In this document: positions 37,810 through 51,864 of the stretch, piece after piece
How the letters are laid out: the number at the start of each line of letters is the position of its first letter
Position numbering within the stretch: the stretch's first letter is position 1
NCBI GenBank assembly: GCA_951406725.2
Contig: OX597826.1
Span: 23,188,001-23,252,000 of the forward strand
Length of the DNA: 64,000 nt
Origin: Octopus vulgaris
Lineage: Eukaryota
Direction: 5' to 3'
Made by a program: the position numbers and the translations under genes
Notes under the pieces: model-generated
Databases searched by the model: none
Told to the model about the DNA's origin: nothing
What the model saw: only the letters and a program-made list of their open reading frames with translations

Positions 37810-39620
37810 TAAAACAGATGAGTGTGTCATCTATATGGTTGCCCTGCCTGCTAGAAATAGTGGCCAACTCTCCCTTAAATCACATCATATGAATATCATT
37901 AAAAAAAAATGGCAAGATACATGTTGGACAGGAGCCCCTGACATATAAAAGGATGGGATGGTCATGAACGGAGTGCTTTTGATCAAGGTTGAGCTGAACC
38001 TAAACAACAACATGAAATACTTTAGATAACGTCACACAATATGAGATAACAATATACAGAGGTGATGGTCACCTTGGTCCAAGACATACTATCTATAATA
38101 ATAAATGCAAAATTCTGTCTGTCCATCCAGGACCCCAGTATCTCAGTTTACATTTTCTCTACATAGACATATTACACCCTTTTTGGACCCAGGACCATTG
38201 GGATCAGGTCTGAGTAAAGATTTGTTATATGCTAACAGTTGAAAATTCAAATTTTTTTAAAAATCCAAAAATTTGTGAACTTACAAGTTTTTCATTTAAA
38301 CCCAGCCTTCCTCTTCCTCTACTTTCTTTCATATTCATCTCTCTCATTTCTCTCACCAAAAGCACTTTCACCCTTCCTCAGCAGACAACCACCCATTTCA
38401 TTTCAAAACATCCATAATGGCTCTTGCTCAATTAGAACTAAGCAGGGACTCAACAACAATACTACAGAGATCTCTGAAGAAAACAACAATGACAATATAT
38501 GATGTAAGATGACAAGACTTACTATCCAAACTTAAATTTACTCCTATAGGTGGAAGACTATGAGACCAAGGAAATTACTCCCTCAACATCATACAAAACC
38601 TCCTTGCAGGCAGCTTAGCCTTAGCCAGACCAAGCACAATTACAGGTTAATACAATCACTGTTTACCCAAAATGAGATTATTTCTCACTTGCATATCATC
38701 ATTGCAGCTCATCATAACTCAGTTAACATTACAAAACACAGCTATGCTTGAAATGTAAAGTGATAAGTAATATGACTCTACCATTAGTCATTTCACCACA
38801 TGGAATGTCAGTATCTGATGTCACTGAATTCTCAAATTCTACAGGCTGCTTGCTGATGACCCCATGCCAACAGACTGTTTCCTCTACCACATGAAAGGGT
38901 ATATAAAATTATCTCAAATGATCTGATCTTGCTGCTTTATCAAATTATTCACATGATCTGAATTGACTAATGGAGGGCCACATATTCTCAACTAAAAGCC
39001 ACTTTTAAGTTCTTTTCACTCTGCAGAGTTGAATCAGCCTGTTATCATTTTGACACCTATTTTCCATGCTTGAGGGGTTCAATGAAACTTTATGGAGGCA
39101 GATTTTCTATGGCTGGTACAGCAAAGAGGAGGGCCATAAATTCCATTACTGAAGCTGCAGTAAAGGTAACTAGGTGGGTTTGGGAAAAGAAGGCAGACCA
39201 CTGGTTTGATGCTACTGGGATGCAATCTGGGGTTTCATCAACCCTAGTTAGGTCAAATAAGCAACAGGGTATGATGTTGAAAGATCCCTAAGCCTCCTAA
39301 GACCCCTACTATCCCCACAAAAAAATATCACTGATGATGCATCCCAGAACATCTGCAAGCAGTATCTTGGAACTATAAATGTGCGTGTGTGTGTGTGTGT
39401 GTGTGTGTATGTATCATTTAATATGCAGAGTATTTAAATATGAACTGCTAATAATTTCATGCTGTGGAAACACAATTTGGTTTATATATCACACCTTGAG
39501 TCTTGAAGCAATCCTTCAGGCTTGAATGCATTTGGCTGGTTAGCTGGTCCACGTCTATTTGAGCCTTATACACAACATTCTTACAGTACATCCATCTTAA
39601 GCGGGATGTACAGCTTACTG

Positions 39621-39680
<60 letters not shown>

Positions 39681-39972
39681 CATGTATGTATATATATAGT
39701 CAGTAGATTATATATCCAAAAAAAGAAGCACACTCTGAATGTTAGAGCAGTAATGCATTTATAGGAAATTAATTATATGGCCAGTCATAGAGTGATGAAT
39801 GGTTTCGCATCCATAAAGCGCTTAGCCTCATAGACAGCTTGTTGGACTCTAATGGCCACAGGCATATATCCATTAGAGTGATTTATGGATGTGAAACCAC
39901 TGGTCACTCTATGACCAGCCATATAATTAACTTCCTATATATATATGAGAAATCAGACTACAAATAACTTAC

Positions 39973-40047
39973 ATTTTGCAATTCTGACTCAACATTTTTT
40001 TTATCTCTCAGACATCTTTCCATATTGACTTCCCTCTCAGAACGTTC
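39973..40047 (-). CDS. SCLT1: SCLT1 exon (ERSEREVNMERCLRDKKNVESELQN)
   Basis: ttctag| ... |gtaagt, 75 nt; resembles ECAEKQGQIERVIKEKKAVEEELEK. Confidence 0.88.
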
Positions 40048-41078
40048 CTAGAAAAACAAAATAAATAAGTATATAATAAATATAATGTAAATGAAAAACA
40101 TAATACTTATTCTAAACAATTTGTGCAAACCATAGAAGGCACTGCCCTTCATAAAACATTTGATTTCAAACACATTCGAATTAAATCTGAGATTTTGCCC
40201 ATACAGACAACCATATTTGGAGGTATATATGCTGCACCTTTTCTTCCCCAAAAATAGTGTCTCAAAAAAAAATCACCCCTGGGTCTTAAATGCAAAGTTG
40301 GGCTGACAATAAATGCTTTAGTGTCCTAAAACACACACACACACACACAATGGTGGGCTTTTTTTTGGTTTCCATCTACTAAAACCACTCACAAGGCTTT
40401 GGTTGGTCCAAAGCTAAAATAAAAGACACTTACCCAAGTTGCTGTGCAGTGGCACTGAACCAGGACCCTAGTGATTGAAAAGCACGCTTTTTAACCCATA
40501 CAGCCATGTCTGTACCTACTCTTATACGTACCTGAGTAATGAGATGGTATCTGTTATATGTATTTATACAGATTTCTGGACTATTGAGAATCGAACTTAT
40601 ATATTAGTCACTTGGATTTCTCTTTGAGACCAAGTAAACACTTTATAAGGTTATTGTTTACATATGTATTTAGTTTATATAAAAATGAACAAATGAGGAA
40701 GCTTCTACATAGTGGCTTGATGTGCTAGATACAGCAGCTAAATCACCTTCAAATCACACTCTTCCATCTTACAGAAGGATATGATGGATAAAGTGGCCCA
40801 AGTCCTCTGTACATAAGAAAAAAAAAGCAAAAAAAAAATAAAAAGATGGAAGGTCATGGATAGAATGTTAAAGGATAACCTAAAGTTAACCAGCAACAAA
40901 ATATGAAATATGAAAATAAGTAAAATAATAATATAAAAATAGGGGGAAAAAAGTGAAAAGAGCCCAACCAAAAATTGAAACCATATCAGAGAGAGTCACC
41001 CATAGAGAATTTATATCAGTTCTATAGCAATGATGAAGACATATTTAAATTTCAAACTGTGACACATTTACTACTTAC

Positions 41079-41150
41079 CATTTCTAGGAAATGGACTTTT
41101 TCATTCAGTTTTACAATCCTGACATTGAGAAGAGATTTCACATCATCTAC
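41079..41150 (-). CDS. SCLT1: SCLT1 exon (VDDVKSLLNVRIVKLNEKVHFLEM)
   Basis: ttccag| ... |gtaagt, 72 nt; resembles VANTKKQCNIQISRLTEELSALQM. Confidence 0.88.
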
Positions 41151-41782
41151 CTGGAATATAGTAAGAGTTTGGAAAGAAAACATTTCATCATATAATAATA
41201 ACAACAACCTCCCTTTCCCCATAAATTCCAGGCCTTGTGCCTATAGTAGAAAGAATTATTATTATTATTATTAAGGTAGTGAGATGGTGGATTCATTAGC
41301 ACACTGGACACAATGCCTTGCTGCATTTCAGCTATCTTTACATTCTGAAATAAGAAATTCACAAGCCCCACTGTCCACAAATTCCATGTCTTACGCTTAT
41401 AACAGAAAGGATTAATATCATTATTATTATTACCCAACATGCAGTGTTATAAAGAGGTACCCTACTATAATTTCTTTCTCACACTTTCTGCAACAAACAT
41501 CTGATCAGTCATTCATTCATTCACTCCCTCAATCAATCAATCAATAAACACAGTAATATTTTACAATAAAACACTAAGTAATATGGAAATACCGAAATTC
41601 AAAGAACCAACACATCAACAACAACTAAAATTTTCATGGAAATAAAAAGAAAAAAACCAATAAGTAACAAAAGAAACATAGAAATAATGAAATTCAAAGA
41701 AATATAGATTACTTTTTTTAAAATTTTGTTGGGAATTTTTGCTGTTGTTGTTGTTGTTTATTTTTGTTTGTTTGTTTTTTAC

Positions 41783-41881
41783 CTCTTTTCTGGTTGCTTT
41801 GCCAACATCATCCATCAAGTCATCAACGACTTTCTGTAAATGGTTAATCTGTTCTTGTCTTTGAGCGGAAACTTCTTTGGC
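41783..41881 (-). CDS. SCLT1: SCLT1 exon (AKEVSAQRQEQINHLQKVVDDLMDDVGKATRKE)
   Basis: gaag| ... |gtaaa, 99 nt; resembles human ...FVQDATIRTKKE. Confidence 0.87.
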
Positions 41882-42397
41882 CTTCGGTAAAGAAATAGGA
41901 ATATTTAACAAACAGAAACAAATCAGCAGTGAAGATGTAAGGATTTAAGGACAAAAGAAGATTAGTCACAAAGAAATATTTACAAAATCTTGTAACTATC
42001 ACACAATGTCAAGAAGAAGGGGGTGCAAACACACACACACACACACATAAGTGTATGTATGCATATATATATTTTTTTTTTATCTATGTGCCCTTTTCAA
42101 GCCTGGCCAGGCTTATGGGCCCGGTTTCTCGATTTCTGTGGGGTATATGTCCTCCCCCCCACCAGCTGGATGGGACGCCAGTCCATCGCAGCATTACTCA
42201 AGGAACAGGAAGAAAGAGTGAGAGAAAGTTGGGGCAACATAGTACAACAGGGGTTGCCACCACCCCCTGCCAGAGCCTCATGGTGCTTTTAGGTGTTTTC
42301 GCTCAATAAACACACACAACACCCGGTCTGGGAATCGAAACTGCAATCCTTCCTCCGACCATGAGTCCGCTGCCCTAACCACTGGGCCATGCGCCTC

Positions 42398-42441
<44 letters not shown>

Positions 42442-42513
42442 TGAGTGTATTTTTACCTTGTTAACAATTAACACGGAAACAGCAGGTGTCTTACGACTAA
42501 TAACAGTACAACA

Positions 42514-42550
<37 letters not shown>

Positions 42551-43188
42551 TCAATGGTGATACTATGTTCAAAAAATCATCTTTTTGTCTGTATTGTACG
42601 ATACACATTCAGTGCTTCTAAAAAACGAATGTAAGTTTGTTTATATACACATGTGGCTGATATATATATATATATATCAGAACGCCATGTTAGATCGTTA
42701 GCTCCTACACGCATTTTTTTTCTCTCCTTGTTTTTTTTCTGTGTATCTTTCTGTCGAAGAGCGTAGGCTCGAAAAGTAAAAGACTTGTTCTATTTCTATT
42801 CTTGAGCGCCATATTAATACATTTGTTTGTTTGTACTCCACCTGCCTTCGTCTTTTGTTTATTTTTGTAAACCCTCCTGTTATATATATATATATATATT
42901 TCAAAGACCCCACTTTAGTCATGAATGACCATGGGATTGCACCTAGAAAGTTCCCCTTTGGGGCACAAGTCCAGGCAAGGTTGTTTATGGAAGACCAGCA
43001 GTTGCCCATGCATACCAGCTTCGCACCAGTGATGTCTCAACTCATTTCTACAGCTGAGTGAACTGGAGCAATGTGAAATAATGTGTCTTGCTGAAGAACA
43101 CAACACACAAGACCAGTCTGGGAATTTAACTCACTACTTCATGATTGTGAGCCTGACACTCTAACCATTGAGCCATGTGCCTTATATA

Positions 43189-43724
43189 CAGGGTGTCCCA
43201 AAAAAATGCATACACACTTTAGCAGCTGATAACTCATTTGATATTTTTTCTTTCCAGATGAAACCTATAGGATTTAATGATGGCAGTCAGATTAAGCTTT
43301 GAACAAAGAAAATTCATTCTAAAATGATACTGGAAGTGTGAAAATGCAGTTGAAGTGCAAAAACAGTTAAAGTATGCATACATTTTTTTGGGAAACCCTG
43401 TATATATAAGAAAATTCATTCTAAAATGATACTGGAAGTGTGAAAATGCAGTTGAAGTGCAAAAACAGTTAAAGTATGCATACATTTTTTTGGGAAACCC
43501 TGTATATATATACAGGGTTTCTCAAAAAAATGTATGCATACTTTAACTGTTTTTGCACTTCAACTGCATTTTCACACTTCCAGTATCATTTTAGAATGAA
43601 TTTTCTTTGTTCAAAGCTTAATCTGACTGCCATCATTAAATCCTATAGGTTTCATCTGGAAAAAAAAAATATCAAATGAGTTATCAGCTGCTAAAGTGTG
43701 TATACATTTTTTTGGGACACCCTG
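43189..43724. mobile_element. Cluster of Tc1/mariner MITEs (43189-43400, partial 43409-43502, inverted 43513-43724)
   Basis: TIR CAGGGTGTCCCAAAAAA/TTTTTTGGGAAACCCTG with TA flanks. Interior encodes MAVRLSFEQRKFILK*YWKCENAVEVQ, resembling a mariner-like transposase N-terminus. Confidence 0.8.
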
Positions 43725-43749
43725 TATATATATATATATATATATATAC

Positions 43750-46700
43750 CTGTCATTCATATTCATATTTTTAGGCGTCGATCGTAACCCTAATCCCGTT
43801 TCTCTATTATCTATATCGCCATATTGTCAACATGGCTTCCTGTCTTTTTCAATTCCTTCTTTGCTTTCAGGGCCTTCCCGTGTTATTCCATTCCCCAGAA
43901 TTCCTTACAAAATACTCTCTCTCTCCCTCTCATTTAAATTATGTTCTACTCAATTTCCAAAATTTCTAGATGGTGTGTAATATTCCCTACGAATTATATT
44001 CATCCTCGTTGCTCCTTCGAGGCGCCCGCCCTCCCACCCCCTCCACCAATACCGGAAGTTTCTACCTCTGTCTTGACTCCCCCCACGTATACATCCACTC
44101 GCACCCCTATGTCGGTTCTATTTGATCATATAGAGCAAAAACGGTGAAACGTATGCAGCTAGTAGTCTCTCGCCCTCCACCAACACCGGAAGTTTCTAAC
44201 CCTGTCTTACTTTACTACCCCACAACCGCACCCCTATGTAGGGTTTATTTGATCATATAGCGCAAAAACTGTGAAATGTATGCAGGTTGTAGTCTAGTGT
44301 TTCAGTATGAAATCTGCCAAATGCAAGCTTTCTTTTCAGGTACATGACACTGTCCCTCATCCCAGGGTCTCAGAGGCCCACACCTCCCACACCCTCAGAG
44401 TTGGCACATTGAAAGGTAGGTCTGGAGAGATTGTAGAGCTGCTTGAACGGAGACGTGTGGATTTATGCTGCATCCAGGAAGTAAGGTGGAGAGGAGGTTC
44501 CGCTAGGCTCCTCACAGGCAAGGAACACAGGTACAAGATTTTCTGGGCAGGGAACACTGACGAGGTAGGGGGCGTGGGTATACTTCTTGCGGAGAAATGG
44601 GTGGATAAGGTAATTGAGGTAGTCAGAGTAAGTGATAGAGTACTTAAGATTAGATTAGTGCTTCACCATAGGTCAGCTACCATCATCTCGGCATATGCCC
44701 CTCAACCAGGGCTACCGGAAGGACAGAAAGACCAATTCTATGACACCCTATTGCAGACTACCTCGTTGACAAATGACAGTGACCTTCTCTTTGTGGCAGG
44801 TGATTTCAATGGACATGTTGGCCGGCATGTCGGGGGCTTCCATGGCATTCATGGAGGCTATGGTTTTGGCTCTCGAAATGAGGAGGGAACCAGGCTGCTG
44901 GAGTTCTGCGATGCAAATGACCTTATGGTCTGCAATACCAACTTCAGAAAACCCACCTCTCACCTAGTCACCTACCGTTCTGGCAGACACACTAGTCAGA
45001 TTGACTACATCCTCGCCAGAAAGAGGGAAAGAGGGCTGCTTATAAATGCCAAAACCTTTCCAGGCGAAGAATGTACCCCTCAACATAGATTAGTAGTTAG
45101 CGACATCAGGATCAGAGCTAAATGGTTGCCCAGAAGAAGACCAGCTTGGAGGAGAAGGGTCTGGAAGCTTAAAGATCCTGCAAATGGACAGAGATTTAGA
45201 GACATACTACTTGAAGCCTTTGACGAAATAGAAGGGGATATAGCTTCACTTAATGTGGAAGACAACTGGAGATTTCTATGGGACAATCTGCTGAGAGCCA
45301 CTGACCAGATCTGTGGATAGAGCAAAGTACCATCTCGACCCAGAGTAACGTGGTGGTGGAACAATGTGGTGGACAGGGCTATTAGACAAAAGAAACAGGC
45401 TTGGATGGACTGGAAGAACGGTGGTAGCAGGGAATTGTATCAGACAGCCAGAAGGGAAGCTAGGAGACAGGTTTATTTAGCCGGAGGGGAAGCAGATAAG
45501 AAAAAATTTGCCAATGTTCTGAGCCGTGAGGATGAAAGACTTGAGGTATTTCGTGTTGCAAGACAGTGTGTGAGAGAGAATCGTGATGTGGTAGGAGAGA
45601 AGTGTGTTCGCATGGATGATGGTTCACTTGCGCTAAATGAGGATGCAAAGAGAGGGGTTTGGAGATGCCACTATGAAAGGTTGCTGAATAAAGAAAATGA
45701 ATGGGATAAAGAGAGTCTGCCGAATGTTGACCCAACAGAGGGACCAGCTATCTGAGTTGATAGTTCCGTGGTAGCTAAGGCAATTAGAAGCATGAAGACA
45801 GGGAAAGCCCCAGGCCCATCAGGAATTACTGCAGAGATGCTCAAAATATCTGGCAGTGTCGGCTATAACCTAGTCACCCGTATAGTTAACCAGGTGATAC
45901 ACGAAGGAATCATACCCAATGACTGGTGTAGCAGCATACTAGTCAACTGCTACAAAGGTAAAGGTGATGCCCTAGATACAAATAATTACAGAGGTATCAA
46001 GCTGTTGGATCAGGTAATGAAGGTTACGGAGAGGGTCATAGCCCAACTAATTAGAGAGAGAGTTAGTTTAGATGAGATGCAGTTTGGGTTCGTGCCAGGG
46101 AAAACTACCACTGATGCTATATTCATGGTAAGGCAGCTGCAGGAGAAATACCTAGCCAAAGATAAGCCCCTGTACCTGGCTTTCGTTGACATGTAGAAAG
46201 CCTTTGATAGGGTCCCCCGATCCCTTATCTGGTGGTCAATGAGGAAACTAGGGATAGATGAATGGCTGGTGAGGGCTGTGCAAGCCATGTACAGAAATGC
46301 CATAAGTAAGGTTAGGGTTGGCAACATGTACACAGAAGAATTCAAAGTAGAGGTTGGGGTCCACCAGGGTTCAGTACTCAACCCCCTCCTATTTATCATA
46401 GTCCTCCAGGCAATTACGGAGGAATCAAGACAGGTTGCCCTGGGAGCTCCTCTATGTTGACGACCTTGCTCTAATTGCTGAGTCACTATCAGAACTGGAG
46501 GAGAAGTTCCAGGTGTGGAAGGAGGGTTTAGAATCGAGGGGCCTTAGAGTCAACCTAGCTAAAACCAAAGTACTAATAAGTAGGAAGGTAGACAATCCAC
46601 AAATGTCTTCAGGAAGATGGCCCTGCTCGATTTGTAGAAAAAGTGTAGGTAGAAACTCTATAAGATGTACCCAGTGTAAGCTATGGACACATAAGAGGTG

Positions 46701-47892
46701 CAGCAATGTCAAAGGTAGGCTAACTGGGAAGATAGTTTTTGTATGTGGCAGATGCTCGGGAGCATTAACCTCCGAAAATCTGCAGAAAACAACTTCCGTC
46801 ACTTTCCAGGGGGAAAAACTAGAAGTAGTTGATAGCTTCCATTATCTAAGTGACCAAGTCAGTAGTGGGGGTGGGTGCGCTGAAAGTGTAACTGCTAGAA
46901 TAAGAATAGCCTGGGCAAAGTTTAGGGAGCTCTTACCTCTGCTGGTGACTAAAGGCCTCTCGCTCAGGGTAAAAGGCAGACTGTATGATGCATGTGTACG
47001 AACAGCCATGCTACATGGCAGTGAAACATGGGCCGTGACTGCTGAGGACATGCGTAAGCTCGTGAGGAATGAAGCCAGTATGCTCCAATGGATGTGTAAC
47101 GTCAGTGTACATACTCGACAGAGCGTTAGTACCTTGAGAGAAATGTTGTACCTAAGAAGCATCAGTTGTGGTGTGCAAGAGAGACGATTGTGCTGGTATG
47201 GTCATGTGGCGAGAATGGATGAAGATAGGTGAGAAAATGCCAATCCCTAGCAGTTGAGGGAACCCGTGGAAGAGGTAGACCCAGGAAAACCTGGGACGAG
47301 GTGGTGAAGCACGACCTTCGAACTTTAGGCCTCACTGAGGAAATGACCAGTGACCGAGACCTTTGGAAATATGCTGTACGTGAGAAGACCAGGCAGGACA
47401 AGTGAGCCCAGCCCACTTATGCATGCCTTTCCTCCCTTGGACACAAAGACCTGTTGAGGCAAGCGAAGTCGATATAGAACCTCATCCGACGACAGGCACC
47501 CATGCCAACCCCCTTTGCTTGCGAAGACATGTTGGAGCAATCGAAATCGAAATGAACCAGCCAGGATCCCTGGTCTGGTGGTACGTAAAAAGCACTATCC
47601 GACTCGTGGCCGATGCCAGCGCCGCCGCGACTGGCTTCCGTGCCGGTGGCACGTAAAATACACCAATCCGACCGTGGCCATTGCCAGCCTCGCCTGGCAC
47701 CTGTGCAGGTGGCACGTAAAAAGCACCCACTACACTCACAGAGTGGTTGGTGTTAGGAAGGGCATCCAGCTGTAGAAACATTGCCAGATAAGACTGGAGC
47801 CTGGTGCAGCCTTCTGGCTTCCCAGATCCCGGTTGAACCGTCCAACCCATGCTAGCATGGAGAACGGACGTTAAACGATGATGATGATGATG

Positions 47893-47893
<1 letters not shown>
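43750..47893 (+). mobile_element. Near-full-length RTE-clade LINE, same family, inactivated by stops and frameshifts
   Basis: Collinear ORF pieces 44307..47232 closely similar to copy 1. Stops at about 45318, 45753 and 46194. Ends ...GGACGTTAAACGATGATGATG. 5' boundary approximate. Confidence 0.93.
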
Positions 47894-47940
<47 letters not shown>

Positions 47941-48438
47941 AATGTAGGATAAAATTTTTTTCAAAAAAAAAATTTTTTTCGAAAAATTTTATCAATGGCC
48001 AGCATATTAAAAAATACCTTTAAAGGTTAAATTTATAAACAATTCATAAATAAGGGCAAATGAAAAAATTTCTAATGCCAAATATGCCGAAAAATTGGAC
48101 ATATTGTCCATTAACCATATAATTTTTTCACAATACGCACGCTACTCGAAAAAAGGTTGACAGAAATTTCTAAAAAATTCCATTATTACCATATCGGACC
48201 GATTTCAAAGTTAGCTCATAACAGCCCTGCCTTTGTCAGTGATACATGTGGCAAAAGAAATAAATGAGATACTCATACCCATGGAAGAAGCAAACACTAA
48301 GTCAAATCGCACGTGTCTCGAATGGGCTGGAGTATTTCTATTTTGTATGTATTTGGGGTACTTAATTGTGCTCATGACTTAGTGTTTTCTTCTTCCATGG
48401 GTATGAGTAAGTATCTCATTTATTTCTTTTGCCACATG

Positions 48439-48496
48439 TATCACTGACGAAGGGAGGGCTGTTATGAGCTAACCCTGAAATCGGTCCGATATGGTA
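48439..48496 (+). ncRNA. Hammerhead ribozyme motif (mutated inverted copy at about 48187-48244)
   Basis: TATCA-CTGACGA-AGGG..gct/agc..CCCT-GAAA-TCGGTCCGA-TA-TGGTA. Confidence 0.72.
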
Positions 48497-48862
48497 ATAA
48501 TGGAATTTTTTAGAAATTTCTGTCGACCTTTTTTCGAGTAGCATGTGTATTGTGAAAAAATTATATGGTTAATGGACAATATGTCCAATTTTTCGGCATA
48601 TTTGGCATTAGAAATTTTTTCGTTTGCCCTTATTTATGAATTGTTTATATATATATATATATATATACACACACTTTACTGTTTACTTGTTTTAGTCATG
48701 TACCCCATGTTGGGGTACTGCTTTGTATGGGTTAGTCAAACAAATTAACCCCAGTATTTTACAAGTCTGGTACTTATTCCATCAGTCTTTAGGCTGAACT
48801 ACTAGGTTACAAGGACATAAACAAACCAACACTGGTTTTCAAGAGGTAGTGGGGAGCCCAAA

Positions 48863-48901
<39 letters not shown>

Positions 48902-49768
48902 CACAGGCTGCTTTCAGTTTCTGTCCATTACATCCAATCACAAAGCTTTAGTTGACCCAAGGCTGTACTAGAAGACACCTGCACAAAGTGCCACATAGTG
49001 GGTCTGAACCCAAAACCATGTGGCTGGGAAGCAAACTTCTCACCATATAACCGCACCTATTGTGTATGTGTGTGTATCATGGCACTTCGTGGGTTACAGC
49101 GATGAGGGTTCCAGTTGATCTGATCAGTGGAACAGCCTGCTCATGAAATTAACCTGCAAGTGGCTGAGCACTCCACAGACACATTTAACCTTAACGTAGT
49201 TCTCAGGGAGATTTAGCGTGACACAGAATGTGATAAGGCTGGCCCTTTGAAGTACAAGTAGAACAGAAACAAGAAGAAAGAGTGAGAGAAAGTTGCAGTG
49301 AAAGAATACAGCAGGGTTTTCCACCTCTCCCTGCCGGAGCCACATGGAGCTTTAGGTGTTTTCGCTCAATAAACACTCACAATGCCTGATCTGGGAATCG
49401 AAACTGCGATCCTATGACCATAAATCCGCTGCCCTAACCACTAGGCGATTGCACCGCCACATGTATATGTATTTATATATATATATATATATACACACAC
49501 ACTCACATACACAAATATATATGTTAAAAAAAATTTATATGCTCTCAAATTAAGTAACACTCATTTTTGTGGCAGTATTGATACTGCCAATAGCAACATT
49601 GGGCTAATTTAAAAACTTTTGTGCTTAAATTTACATCTTCCAAAAAGGAAAAAAAGAAATCTTCTTTTATTTTCTTTCCATTCAAATATAATTCAAATCA
49701 TAAATGATCAAATATACAGAAACAAACTTAATCCTAATTGTATATTTGTCTCAATATTAAGTGACATC

Positions 49769-49805
<37 letters not shown>

Positions 49806-49859
49806 ATGTGTAGAGACACACTCAATCAATTTTGAAAGATATCTAAAGATATTTTTTAC

Positions 49860-49950
49860 CAGATCTTTATCTAGAATTGCATTTTCCACAATTTGCTGAG
49901 CATTTTTCCTGTCTTCCACCATATCCTGCATTTGCTTCTCCAGCGTGGTA
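49860..49950 (-). CDS. SCLT1: SCLT1 exon (TTLEKQMQDMVEDRKNAQQIVENAILDKDL)
   Basis: atgcag| ... |gtaaaa, 91 nt; resembles the human segment NSMQLLEEANLQKSQ (recalled). Confidence 0.87.
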
Positions 49951-50106
49951 CTGCATACATCAATGGAATATAAGCATAGTCAATAAGTTGTCATAGTTCA
50001 AGGTTCTTGTATATGTTCAAAGGAAAAAAAAAAACTTAGACAATGCTTATTATCTGTTTATCTTTTTGCTTATCTATAACGATTTCTTGATTGATTGATA
50101 GATTGG

Positions 50107-50139
<33 letters not shown>

Positions 50140-50245
50140 AGACAGAAAGAAAGAAAGAAAGAAGGAAGGAAGGAAGGAAGGATGGATGGATGGATGGATA
50201 GATAGCTAGCTAGATAGATAAATTGATAGATGGATGGATGATGGG

Positions 50246-50297
<52 letters not shown>

Positions 50298-50576
50298 AAT
50301 AGACACACAGACAGGAAGGTAGACAGATCATCGTATTAATGTCCCTACTTTCTCATGCTTGCATGGGTTTGATATAAATATATATATATATATAGGTATG
50401 CACACACACATATATATATAGGCATGTGTATATATATATATACACACACAACAGGCTTCCACACAGTTTCCATCTATCTGTTTCACACATAAGGGCTCCA
50501 GTAGAAGACACCTTCTCAAGGTACCATGTAGAGGGAGTGAACCTGAAACCTTATAGTTGCAAAGCAGGCTTTTTAA

Positions 50577-50795
50577 CTCTTTAGCATTCAGATTATTCTG
50601 TCAAATATAATATTTATTCATCCATATTGTTTTAAGCTAGTCATGCATTATTTTGTAGCTTTAAGATTTTAATGATATTATCATCTGTTTTTAGATTGAC
50701 ATTATAGGTTGGTGTGAAATACCAAATCTGGGCAGTTTTAACAGAAAACATGTAGATTATTTGGGCCGGATATGGCCGGTTTAAACACTAAAGGG
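50577..50795. mobile_element. piggyBac-type MITE
   Basis: TTAA|CTCTTTAG ... CTAAAGGG|TTAA. Confidence 0.65.
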
Positions 50796-51818
50796 TTAAC
50801 CAAACATTCATGTGTGTGCTTTGGTGATAAAACACAAATTAGATTAATTAAAAGCTAAAATGAAAAAGAAAGGCATCAGAAGGGCAAAGCATACCCTGTG
50901 TGTAGATAAATTTTTTCACAAATTATAGTGTGGCTTACAATGCGTTACTTACCTATGCATTTTAATTGAACTGAATTTTTTTTTTTTTTTAAGTATCATC
51001 ATTATAGTTATTCCTACTCTGGTGAAATTAGATTAAGAAATCAACTCATGAATAAATGAAACCCTTGCATCCATCACTGTACACACACATACACACACAC
51101 ACACATGTGCATAGGTACGCCATGATCTATACACATGCAAACGAGAGTCAATTCATATGAAAAAGAAAGTGAATAAAATAACATGACCACTTGCTTATCA
51201 GAAAATTTGTAAGTTTGATTTTTTAAAAATTGAAAAAAAATTTTTTTTAAGGATAATCAAACCAAATGTTCATCATTTCAAGCCACTCACCCAATGAATA
51301 TTTCTGCCAAATTTGGTGAAAATTCATTCAGCCGTTTTCCAATAAATTTGCAAACACACAGACAAAAACAGGTAATTACAATACGCTGCTTTTGCTTACA
51401 TGCATAAGTTAAAAGAAAAAGGTAAGTAAAATGAAATTGCAGTTCTATATTTAAGAGATGAGGAATTATGTACATTATGTACATTATTTACATTTGATGG
51501 ATATTTGTCCTCATCTTGTTTGTTGTTAACACAATGTTTCAGCTGATATACCCTCCAGCCTTCATCAGGCGTCTTGGGGAAATTTCAAACCTGGGTTCTC
51601 ATTCCTAAGGTATTTTTCGATGTTGTTGTTGTTGTTATTATTATTATTATTATTATTATTCAGGTCATATGGCGTAATGGTTAAGAGCACAGGCTACTAA
51701 CCCCAAGATTGAGAGTTCAATTCCAGGCAGTGACCTGAATAATAATAATAATAATAACAACAACAACAACATCAAAAAGTACCTTAGGAATGAGAACCCA
51801 GGTTCAAAATTTCCCCAA

Positions 51819-51864
51819 GAAACCTGATGAAGGCTGGAGGGTATATCAGCCGAAACATTGTGTT
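51819..51864 (+). ncRNA. Hammerhead ribozyme motif (inverted copy at 51528-51573)
   Basis: CTGATGA-A-GGCTGG agggtata TCAGCC-GAAAC-ATT-GTGTT. The left copy has stem I GACGC/GTGTT. Confidence 0.7.
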
